In this document: positions 49,479 to 57,446 of the stretch, piece by piece
How the letters are laid out: every line of letters begins with the position of its first letter
How positions within the stretch are numbered: the stretch's first letter is position 1
Assembly (NCBI GenBank): GCA_046051465.1
Contig: JBJOOG010000030.1
Span: 1 to 57,446 of the forward strand
Direction of reading: 5' to 3'
DNA from: Bacteroidota bacterium
GTDB taxonomy: Bacteria; Bacteroidota; Bacteroidia; Flavobacteriales; Flavobacteriaceae
DNA length: 57,446 nucleotides
Position numbers and translations under genes: made by a program
The notes under the pieces: generated by a model
The model's database searches: none
What the model was told of the DNA's origin: nothing
The model's input: only the letters and a program-made list of their open reading frames with translations

Positions 49479-49830
49479 GTGCGAGTGCAGCTAGGGCTTT
49501 GGCTACTATTTCGGGTTTGTTGCCAATGTATATTTGATCTTGAATCACAAAAACCGGACGCGCCAAAAAGGTATAATGCTCCAATAAATACATTTTGTAA
49601 TCGGCTTCGGTAAGGGATTTGTTTTTTAAATCGTAGGCCTTGTAGAGTTGGGCTTTACGGCTAAATAATGCCTCGTAACTGCCTGCAATGGCCTGTAATT
49701 GTTGCAATTGATCTTCGGTAATCGGGTCTTGCTTGATGTCGTGATAAATCAATCCCGCTTTGGGCGAAATGGATTTGATAATCTTTCGGCAGGTGTCGCA
49801 GGAGGGCAGGTAGAAAACGGTGTCTTTCAT
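49471..49830 (-). CDS. ArsC/Spx/YffB-family thioredoxin-fold protein
   Basis: SCDTCRK CxxC motif and LARPV. Confidence 0.85.
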   Translation of the reverse strand: MKDTVFYLPSCDTCRKIIKSISPKAGLIYHDIKQDPITEDQLQQLQAIAGSYEALFSRKAQLYKAYDLKNKSLTEADYKMYLLEHYTFLARPVFVIQDQIYIGNKPEIVAKALAALAHD

Positions 49831-49834
49831 AGTT

Positions 49835-50599
49835 TTATTGAAGCAAATAGAGTTCACCCAAATCAGCATATGAAATAAATAGGTCTATAGGGCCTTGGGC
49901 ATAACAAGCTACTTCATAGGTGTTGTAATGAAACTGAATGCCTTTTTCGGAAAAAATATAATTTTTGGGTAATATAAACCGATCGTCAGCAAAAAAATAA
50001 CCGGCATCCGTCAATGAACTCTTGGCAGGTATTTTAAGTTGGGCTCTAAATTTGGCCTCGACTAATTCGGTGAGTTGGTCCGTATTTGAGAACAATTGGT
50101 TGGGTTTGTAGGTCGAGCCATTTTCGGGGTTGAATAACAACGATTCGGTGGCGCCATAGCCGTGAGCTCCGCCCGTAAATAAATAATACTCCACCGTAAT
50201 GTTGAGCAACTTTTTGGATTGGTAATTGATTTTGGCCGTGGCTTGGGCCTCCCATGAAGGCAAACTGTCTTGTTTGAGCTCGGCTTTAATTTGGGTATAA
50301 TTGGTCACAAACGATTGAACCAAAGCGTCGTAATTTTGTACTTCCTGGATGGTTTCGCCCGTGTAAACACTGTTGCAAACGCTAGTGAAAATTCGCTTAT
50401 TTAGGGCTTTAACTGCTGGATCATTGCCTTCAAACTGGGTGATTTCTAATTTAATTTTGGCTTCATTATAGATTGCCGAAGTGTCACTCGAGGTGGCTTT
50501 GTAGTAGGTTTGTTGCGTGGTTTTCCATTCTTTGGTGCAACTCGCTAACAGCACAGAAAGGCTGATAAAAAGCAATCGGAAGGCAAAGGTGTATTTCAT
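49835..50599 (-). CDS. DUF3298/DUF4163 (PdaC/RsiV-like) lipoprotein
   Basis: Lipobox LLASC, FTGGAHG and YNTYEVACYAQG. Confidence 0.82.
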   Translation of the reverse strand: MKYTFAFRLLFISLSVLLASCTKEWKTTQQTYYKATSSDTSAIYNEAKIKLEITQFEGNDPAVKALNKRIFTSVCNSVYTGETIQEVQNYDALVQSFVTNYTQIKAELKQDSLPSWEAQATAKINYQSKKLLNITVEYYLFTGGAHGYGATESLLFNPENGSTYKPNQLFSNTDQLTELVEAKFRAQLKIPAKSSLTDAGYFFADDRFILPKNYIFSEKGIQFHYNTYEVACYAQGPIDLFISYADLGELYLLQ

Positions 50600-50701
50600 T
50601 TGGGTGAGGGAATAAAAAATAATTTAGGTGTTCACATTTAATGGTAAAGGTAGTTTTTCAGTATACAATTAAACAATAACTTTGGCAAAAAAATAAGGCA
50701 C

Positions 50702-51844
50702 ATGAAATTTAACACAAAAACCATCCACGGCGGGCAACACCACGATCCATCAACCGGAGCTGTTATGCCTCCCGTATACCAAACCTCAACTTATGTTCAA
50801 ACCAGTCCCGGAAAACCGGTGAGCGATTACGAATACAGTCGAGCTTCCAATCCCACACGAACTGCACTAGAAAATGCTTTGGCCAGTTTAGAAAATGGCG
50901 CGCGCGGTTTGGCTTTTTCATCGGGTTTAGCAGCCACCGACTGTGTGTTGCGCTCCTTTAAAGCAGGCGACGAGATTATAGCCATGGACGATTTATATGG
51001 CGGAACGTATCGATTATTTACGCGGATTTATAAAAATTCAGGCTTGGTGTTTCATTTTGTTGACATGAATGATTTGGATGCCTTTCAAGCCTTGATCAAC
51101 GAAAACACCAAAATGGTTTGGGTAGAAACGCCAACCAATCCGTTAATGAAGTTGGCCGATATAGCAGCCATCGCTCAAATTACCAAAAAACACAACTTGC
51201 TTTTTGCGGTAGACAATACCTTTGCTACGCCTTACTTACAAAGACCTTTAGATATGGGTGCCGATTTGGTGATGCATTCGGCTACCAAATACTTGGGCGG
51301 ACACTCCGATGTGATTGCCGGAGCACTCATTACCAAAACCGCTGAGTTGGGCGAACAATTGCACTTTCAGCAATTTGCCACAGGCGCCACTTTGGGCCCA
51401 ATGGACAGTTTTTTGGTGTTGCGTGGCATCAAAACCTTGCATTTACGCGTAGAACGTCACTGCGAAAACGGGGAAAAAGTAGCTCACTTTTTAGCCAATC
51501 ACCCCAAAATCAAAACTGTATTTTATCCAGGCTTAGAAAGTCATCCGCAACACACCTTAGCCAAAAAACAAATGAGCGGATTTGGCGGCATGGTTTCCTT
51601 TACATTTGCTTCAGGCAGCAAAGCCCACGCCACAACTTTTTTAGAAAAATTGCAGGTGTTTACCTTGGCCGAATCATTGGGTGGTGTAGAATCATTGGCC
51701 AATCATCCGGCCTTGATGACCCACGCCTCTATACCCGAAGATGTTCGTAAACAAGGCGGCATCTCAGATGACTTGGTTCGATTGAGTGTAGGCGTAGAAG
51801 ATATTGATGATCTGCTCGCCGATTTGACTCAGGCATTGGCCTAA
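50702..51844 (+). CDS. Cystathionine gamma-synthase/lyase (Cys/Met metabolism PLP enzyme)
   Basis: Motifs YSRASNPTR, ETPTNP, VDNTF, HSATKYLGGHSD and AESLGGVES. MetB, MetC and MccB cannot be distinguished by eye. Confidence 0.92.
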   Translation: MKFNTKTIHGGQHHDPSTGAVMPPVYQTSTYVQTSPGKPVSDYEYSRASNPTRTALENALASLENGARGLAFSSGLAATDCVLRSFKAGDEIIAMDDLYGGTYRLFTRIYKNSGLVFHFVDMNDLDAFQALINENTKMVWVETPTNPLMKLADIAAIAQITKKHNLLFAVDNTFATPYLQRPLDMGADLVMHSATKYLGGHSDVIAGALITKTAELGEQLHFQQFATGATLGPMDSFLVLRGIKTLHLRVERHCENGEKVAHFLANHPKIKTVFYPGLESHPQHTLAKKQMSGFGGMVSFTFASGSKAHATTFLEKLQVFTLAESLGGVESLANHPALMTHASIPEDVRKQGGISDDLVRLSVGVEDIDDLLADLTQALA

Positions 51845-51848
51845 ACAC

Positions 51849-51882
51849 AAAAAAGCCCGTTACAATTGCAACGGGCTTTTTT
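51849..51882. terminator. Bidirectional terminator
   Basis: AAAAAAGCCCGTT-acaattgc-AACGGGCTTTTTT between convergent genes. Confidence 0.88.
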
Positions 51883-51897
51883 ATATCATGAAAATCT

Positions 51898-52692
51898 CTA
51901 TTCTATATAATAGATATAACCCACATTTAACCAAACCAACCAATCGTTGGCTTTGTTTTCGGGGTATAACGTTGGATTAGGACTCAAACCGTCAACCCAG
52001 TTAGAAAAATAATATTGCGCTCTAAGATCAATCATTAAATCAGATAAAGGAGCCAATTTGTATCGGGTACCTATACTACTTACAATTGACCAAACTGACC
52101 CACTTTCGTTTTGAGTGGCATTGTAATACTTGATAGGCGTTGTAGCCGGTGTATTCATTTGTCCGTCTCCTATAGTGGACCAAGCAGCAGGGTCATAAAA
52201 ACTAAATTGACCGCCCAAACTAATAAAAGGAGCCAATCCACCAATCGTATTAGTGAAATCACGAATACTGAACGGGAAATACTCCAATTGCATTCCCAAA
52301 TTGGTTACCTGGGTGCTTCCGCGCATGGCACGCAATTGATCGTTAAACAAACTGGTTCGAGAAGGATCGACCCACTCACCATAATGCTTTAAAGAAGTTT
52401 TGTTGAATGACAACTCACTGCGCAACTTAAAGTGATCATTAAAATACGTCTCTGGAGTATAACAGTTACAATCTGCTTTGTATGAAAAATTAAGGTAATG
52501 CACAATTCCTATACCGTATCCTGTGTTACCCATGTTGGTTGAAAAGTCATTTCTCTGCCCATAATCCGATCTAAATGACACCGGACCAACTATGGCACCT
52601 ACTTCATGTGAAAATCCAAATTGTGCCCAAGCAGCACCGGAAATTCCAATAAAGAGGAGACAAAAAAGTAGGGTTTGTTTAATTGATTGCAT
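51898..52692 (-). CDS. Outer-membrane beta-barrel-like protein (THC0290_0291-type)
   Basis: Signal peptide, FRSDYGQR, YFNDHFKLRSE, NWVDGL and C-terminal WLNVGYIYY. Family assignment is from memory. Confidence 0.7.
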   Translation of the reverse strand: MQSIKQTLLFCLLFIGISGAAWAQFGFSHEVGAIVGPVSFRSDYGQRNDFSTNMGNTGYGIGIVHYLNFSYKADCNCYTPETYFNDHFKLRSELSFNKTSLKHYGEWVDPSRTSLFNDQLRAMRGSTQVTNLGMQLEYFPFSIRDFTNTIGGLAPFISLGGQFSFYDPAAWSTIGDGQMNTPATTPIKYYNATQNESGSVWSIVSSIGTRYKLAPLSDLMIDLRAQYYFSNWVDGLSPNPTLYPENKANDWLVWLNVGYIYYIE

Positions 52693-52879
52693 AGCGAGTT
52701 TTTCAATTCCGGACAAATATATAAAAACATCATTCACAACTAAAAAAAATTCCAAAAAAAGGGCTACATAATTTTAGTTCAACAATTTAGTGAATTTGAC
52801 TATAAAAAAAGAGATGAAAAGAGATACAATTCGGGCGCTCTATTTATGGAATTACAACATAAAATTGCAAAAAATCAAC

Positions 52880-52932
52880 TTGCGTATTTTCATATTAATG
52901 TATATTTGTCGCCAATTAACGAAAACGTTTTC
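52880..52932 (+). promoter_or_regulatory. gdhA promoter (TTG-N18-TATATTTG) with downstream palindrome GAAAACGTTTTC
   Basis: TTG at 52880-52882, -7 element at 52901-52908 and a perfect 12-bp palindrome at 52921-52932. Confidence 0.6.
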
Positions 52933-52955
52933 TTAACGTCAATAATTTTACATGT

Positions 52956-54299
52956 ATGTCACAAAGTATTAATGCTTTTATTGAAGCAGTTGCCAAAAGA
53001 AATCCCAATGAGCCTGAGTTTATGCAGGCTGTTAAAGAAGTTGCTGAAACAGTAATTCCTTTTATTGAACAAAATAAAAAATACCAAAACAAAATGCTTT
53101 TGGAGCGCATGGTGGAAGCCGAGCGTGTCATCATGTTTCGCGTAACTTGGATCGATGACGCCGGAAACACGCACGTAAATCGCGGCTACCGCATTCAGAT
53201 GAATTCGGCCATCGGACCTTATAAAGGAGGAATTCGTTTTCATCCTTCAGTAAACTTGAGCATCTTAAAATTTTTAGCTTTTGAACAAACCTTTAAAAAT
53301 AGCTTGACTACTTTGCCAATGGGTGGAGGAAAAGGAGGTGCTGATTTTGACCCAAAAGGAAAATCAGATATTGAAATCATGCGTTTTTGCCAAGCGTTTA
53401 TGACGGAATTGTCTAAGCACATTGGCGCCGACACAGACGTTCCAGCAGGAGATATTGGCGTGGGCGGACGTGAAGTAGGCTATATGTTTGGTCAATATAA
53501 AAAACTACGCAACGAATTTACGGGTGTATTAACCGGAAAAGGAATTTCATTTGGAGGATCATTAATTCGTCCAGAAGCTACCGGATACGGAAACGTATAC
53601 TTTGCACAAAGTATGTTGGGCACCAAAGGCGATAGCTTTGCCGGAAAAACGGTTGTGGTTTCAGGATCTGGTAACGTGGCGCAATACGCGGCCGAGAAAG
53701 CCACTCAATTGGGTGGAAAAGTAGTTACCCTTTCTGATTCGGCAGGATACATTTATGATGCCGATGGTATTGACGCCGAGAAATTGGCTTATGTAATGGA
53801 AATCAAAAACGTAAACTACGGTCGCATCAGCGATTATTTGACTAAATATCCCAATGCAAAATATGTGGCTGGAAAACGCCCTTGGGAAGTAAAATGTGAC
53901 ATTGCGTTGCCTTGTGCTACACAAAACGAACTCAACGAAGAAGAAGCCAAACAATTGGTTGCCAATGGCTGTATTTGTGTGTCTGAAGGCGCCAATATGC
54001 CTTCTACGCCTGAAGCCGTTGAAGTGTTTCAACACGCTAAAATTTTATTTGCTCCTGGAAAAGCATCCAATGCTGGTGGAGTAGCAACCTCTGGTTTAGA
54101 GATGTCTCAAAACTCCTTGCGTTTAAGTTGGACCAGCGAAGAAGTAGACGAGCGTTTGAAAAACATCATGCTAAACATTCACGCATCTTGCGTAAAATAT
54201 GGTGCAGATGCAACTGGCCACATTGATTATGTGAAAGGTGCTAACATTGCCGGCTTTGTAAAAGTTGCCGATGCTATGTTGGGTCAAGGTGTAGTTTAA
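52956..54299 (+). CDS. gdhA: NADP-specific glutamate dehydrogenase
   Basis: Motifs GPYKGGIRFH, LPMGGGKGG, DVPAGDIGVG, RPEATGYG and GSGNVAQY. Confidence 0.97.
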   Translation: MSQSINAFIEAVAKRNPNEPEFMQAVKEVAETVIPFIEQNKKYQNKMLLERMVEAERVIMFRVTWIDDAGNTHVNRGYRIQMNSAIGPYKGGIRFHPSVNLSILKFLAFEQTFKNSLTTLPMGGGKGGADFDPKGKSDIEIMRFCQAFMTELSKHIGADTDVPAGDIGVGGREVGYMFGQYKKLRNEFTGVLTGKGISFGGSLIRPEATGYGNVYFAQSMLGTKGDSFAGKTVVVSGSGNVAQYAAEKATQLGGKVVTLSDSAGYIYDADGIDAEKLAYVMEIKNVNYGRISDYLTKYPNAKYVAGKRPWEVKCDIALPCATQNELNEEEAKQLVANGCICVSEGANMPSTPEAVEVFQHAKILFAPGKASNAGGVATSGLEMSQNSLRLSWTSEEVDERLKNIMLNIHASCVKYGADATGHIDYVKGANIAGFVKVADAMLGQGVV

Positions 54300-54318
54300 A
54301 TCCACAATCTAATCCTAT

Positions 54319-54356
54319 AAAAGCCCGCTGTTTAATCTAAACGGCGGGCTTTTTTT
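54319..54356 (+). terminator. Intrinsic terminator after gdhA
   Basis: AAAAGCCCGC...GCGGGCTTTTTTT. Confidence 0.85.
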
Positions 54357-54421
54357 AGCTTGGTATGTGCGTTAGATTTTCTTGTGTTTATACTATATTT
54401 GCTACGCTATTTCAGCTTTCT

Positions 54422-56713
54422 ATGAAAAATTTACTACGGCTTTTACTTCTATTCGGGTGTTTTACTTCCCTTTATGCACAACCCAATGCGCTTTGGAAAG
54501 GTTACTTTTCCTACAACGAAATTGTAGATTTGGGAGAATCAGCTTCAAAGGTGTATGCCGCCTCTGAAAACGCAGTATTTTCACAAGATGTTTTAACAGA
54601 AAACATCAAAACCACCAATACCATTGATGGCCTTTCGGGTCAAACCATTTCAGCAATTTACCACAGCGAGGCGCTACACAAAACACTAGTGGGTTACGAT
54701 AACGGCTTGTTGATTGTGGTAAATGAACTCGACGGATCTATGCGTACTGTGGTAGATATTCTTAACAAAACATTGCCGCCAAACCTCAAAAAAATCAACC
54801 ACATGATGGAGCACCAAAACACCATTTATTTGTCGTGTGATTTTGGAATTGTGCAATACCATTTGGATACCCTTACATTTGGAGACACCTATTTTATTGG
54901 GAACATTGGCGCGCAAATTAGTGTAAAACAAACCGCAGTTTTCAATAACGAATTGTTTGCTGCAACGGCTACAAATGGTATACGTAAGGCCGCCATTAAC
55001 AATCCCAATTTGAATGATTACAACCAATGGACCACGCTAGACTCAAACAGCTGGAACGGCATTGAAACGTTTGGAAACAATTTGTTTGCGGTAACCAATT
55101 TGGGTTCCGTCTTCCAATGGAATGGCACAAATTTTCTAACCTACATTAACCTCAACCAGCCTTCGGTTGATATGCGCACCTGCAACAACTACCTTGTATT
55201 TGCTACCGCCGACAAAGTGAGTGTGTATGATTCTGATATGGTGTTGGTGCGTCAAATCCAAAGTTCAGAGGTGAGTACAACTCCTGTACAATTTAGTTGT
55301 GCCTCGGTAAAAAACAACAAAATCTATATCGGTACGGTTGCCGACGGTTTGCGCACAACTTCTTTGACCCCTTCTGCTTTTGAAAACATTACTCCTGATG
55401 GACCTTTGCGCAACAATATCTTTTCAATTACCAAATCGCCAAGTGCTTTATGGGCTGTTTATGGCGATTACACCGTGTCCTACAATCCATTTCCGCTAGA
55501 CTATTATGGCATCAGCAAGTTTGCCGCCGATTCGGGATGGTTAAACATCAATTATGCTGATGTGCAATCGGCAGTTGGTGCCGAGGTGGCGTCTATGGTT
55601 CGAGTGACCGTTAATCCATCCGACGAAAATCAGGTATTTGCCAGTTCATTTCACTCCGGTTTATTGGCCATTGAAAACGATGTGCCCAGCGTGTTGTTTA
55701 ACCAAACCAACAGTGGTTTAGAAGCGCCTACTGTGGCCAATACGGTCCGTATTAACGGCACCGCCTTTGATAAAACTGGGAATTTATGGGTTTCAAATAG
55801 CATCATTAAAAACGCACTTAAAGTTAAAAAAACCAACGGGCAGTGGCAGTCTTATAATTTAGAATCGCAGGTTAATTCGGTAGGTACACTCAACATTGGA
55901 CGCTTAACTATTGACAAGAATGGCACCAAATGGATGTGCACCCGAAGCGATGGAATTATTGCATTTAATGAAGGATACAACAATCTGTTTAAGAAAATTA
56001 ATTTTGGTTCCGAGCTTGGAAATTTGCCGTCAAAAGACGTGCGGGTTACGGCCATAGATAATAACAATCAGCTTTGGATTGGTACGCTACAAGGATTACG
56101 CGTGCTGTCGAGTGTGGATAATTTTTTGTCCAGCGGGCAAATGACAACCTATCCAATAATTATTTTGGAAGATAATTTGGCACAAGAATTATTGTATGAG
56201 CAATTCATAACAGACATTGAAGTGGACGGCGCCAACAACAAATGGATTGGCACCGCTGATTCGGGCGTATTTCAAGTTTCGCCAGACGGACAACAAACCC
56301 TGCGTCAGTTTACTAGCGCCAATTCGCCCTTGCCCAGCAACGGAATCAATGACATAGCCATAGACCCTCAATCAGGAGAAGTATTTTTTGCCACCTCAAA
56401 AGGGATGGTCTCCTTTAAAGGAACGGCTACAGCTGCCAACGACGATTTAAACAACGTATTTATTTACCCCAATCCGGTTCGTCCTGACTTTGAAGGCACG
56501 GTAAAAATAAGTGGGTTGATGGACGATGCAAATGTGAAAATCAGTGATATAGAAGGAAACTTGGTATTTGAAGCCATTGCTCAGGGCGGAACCTTGGAGT
56601 GGGATACCACCGCATTTGGTAAATACCGCGTGGCCTCGGGTGTGTACATGGTTTTCATTTCTTCTAAAGATGCAGCGCAAACAAAGGTCAAAAAAGTGAT
56701 GATCATTCGATAA
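54422..56713 (+). CDS. porZ: T9SS component PorZ (beta-propeller repeats plus T9SS C-terminal domain)
   Basis: Signal peptide, WKGYFSY, propeller repeats (D..N.LWIGT, DGANNKWIGT, NSPLPSN) and CTD IYPNPV...SGVYMV...KKVMIIR. Upstream of recO. Confidence 0.82.
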   Translation: MKNLLRLLLLFGCFTSLYAQPNALWKGYFSYNEIVDLGESASKVYAASENAVFSQDVLTENIKTTNTIDGLSGQTISAIYHSEALHKTLVGYDNGLLIVVNELDGSMRTVVDILNKTLPPNLKKINHMMEHQNTIYLSCDFGIVQYHLDTLTFGDTYFIGNIGAQISVKQTAVFNNELFAATATNGIRKAAINNPNLNDYNQWTTLDSNSWNGIETFGNNLFAVTNLGSVFQWNGTNFLTYINLNQPSVDMRTCNNYLVFATADKVSVYDSDMVLVRQIQSSEVSTTPVQFSCASVKNNKIYIGTVADGLRTTSLTPSAFENITPDGPLRNNIFSITKSPSALWAVYGDYTVSYNPFPLDYYGISKFAADSGWLNINYADVQSAVGAEVASMVRVTVNPSDENQVFASSFHSGLLAIENDVPSVLFNQTNSGLEAPTVANTVRINGTAFDKTGNLWVSNSIIKNALKVKKTNGQWQSYNLESQVNSVGTLNIGRLTIDKNGTKWMCTRSDGIIAFNEGYNNLFKKINFGSELGNLPSKDVRVTAIDNNNQLWIGTLQGLRVLSSVDNFLSSGQMTTYPIIILEDNLAQELLYEQFITDIEVDGANNKWIGTADSGVFQVSPDGQQTLRQFTSANSPLPSNGINDIAIDPQSGEVFFATSKGMVSFKGTATAANDDLNNVFIYPNPVRPDFEGTVKISGLMDDANVKISDIEGNLVFEAIAQGGTLEWDTTAFGKYRVASGVYMVFISSKDAAQTKVKKVMIIR

Positions 56714-56722
56714 GCGCAGAAC

Positions 56723-57445
56723 ATGCAAATCAAAACCAAAGCAATTGTTCTCTCGGCCATTAAATTCCAAGAAAGCAGCTTGATTGTAAAATGCTTTACC
56801 CAATCTGATGGCCTAAAATCCTACTTTGTTCGCGCAGCCTTTACTGCAAAATCAGCCAAACTGGGCGGCGCTAAAATTGCCTATTTTCAACCCATGACCC
56901 TATTGGAAATTGAAGCCGTTCACAAAAACAAAGGAACGTTGGAGCATTTCAAAGAAATCAAAATCGCAACGCCTTATCAAACCATACCCACTGACGTAGT
57001 AAAAAGTAGCATTCTACTTTTTTTGGCCGAACTGTTGCAAACTTCCATTCAGGAGGAAGAGAAAAATGCCGCTTTATTTGCATTTATCGAGACGACTTTA
57101 ATTTGGTTGGATACGCATGCCCATACGGCTAATTTTCACTTGGTTTTTTTATTTGAAACCTCAAAATACCTCGGGTTTTATCCCGATGTTTCCGAGATAG
57201 ACTTGCCGTATTTTAATACCCAAGAAGGGCAGTTTTCTGCTACATTAGCCCTTGGAACGCTCAACGAACAGGAAACATCTTTGTTTAAACGGGGCTTGAA
57301 TTTACAATTTGATTCTGATCAAAAATCCTTTCACGTTACCGAGCGCCAACAGTTGCTAAAAATAATCATTGATTATTATGCCCAACACCTGAGCGGATTT
57401 AAACACCCCAAATCACTCGAGGTGCTCAAAGCGGTTTTTAGTTGA
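56723..57445 (+). CDS. recO: DNA repair protein RecO
   Basis: N-terminal OB fold (TKAIVL..IKF.ESSLIV..FT...G), LGFYP and C-terminal KSLEVL..VF. Confidence 0.92.
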   Translation: MQIKTKAIVLSAIKFQESSLIVKCFTQSDGLKSYFVRAAFTAKSAKLGGAKIAYFQPMTLLEIEAVHKNKGTLEHFKEIKIATPYQTIPTDVVKSSILLFLAELLQTSIQEEEKNAALFAFIETTLIWLDTHAHTANFHLVFLFETSKYLGFYPDVSEIDLPYFNTQEGQFSATLALGTLNEQETSLFKRGLNLQFDSDQKSFHVTERQQLLKIIIDYYAQHLSGFKHPKSLEVLKAVFS

Positions 57446-57446
57446 G

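Overview
A core-genome stretch of a Flavobacteriaceae (Flavobacterium-like) chromosome, judged from TAnnTTTG promoter elements, porZ, the Bat operon and the long Bacteroidota-type PurF. It holds about 53 tightly packed genes, mostly housekeeping. Main groups: kbl (partial), an AddA-like helicase-nuclease, SOD, purF/purN, rnhA, acpP-fabF-rnc, pyk, pgi, kynA, hmgA/hppD, uvrC, the moxR-DUF58-batABCDE operon, pheS, gpsA, yicC-gmk-nadD, gdhA, porZ and recO. I found no rRNA, tRNA, CRISPR array, transposase, integrase or phage gene. The unexplained signal is intergenic. (1) A frameshifted four-helix-bundle (23S-IVS/Avd-like) gene is wedged between gmk and nadD. It is bracketed by inverted arrays of AGTnAnn heptamers, and a similar array pair with no gene between lies inside the Bat operon. 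(2) A second heptamer family (GTTnTCn) starts within 0-9 nt after five different stop codons, always in the sense of the upstream gene. These arrays are parts of mutually homologous modular intergenic elements at about 8.3, 30.5, 42.9 and 45.8 kb. (3) Two promoter-plus-terminator units look like small RNAs. (4) An AACGAAAACG(T/A)T motif recurs at pyk, the YccA-like gene and gdhA. All gene names come from recognising protein motifs by eye and all alignments were counted by hand; no database searches were run.
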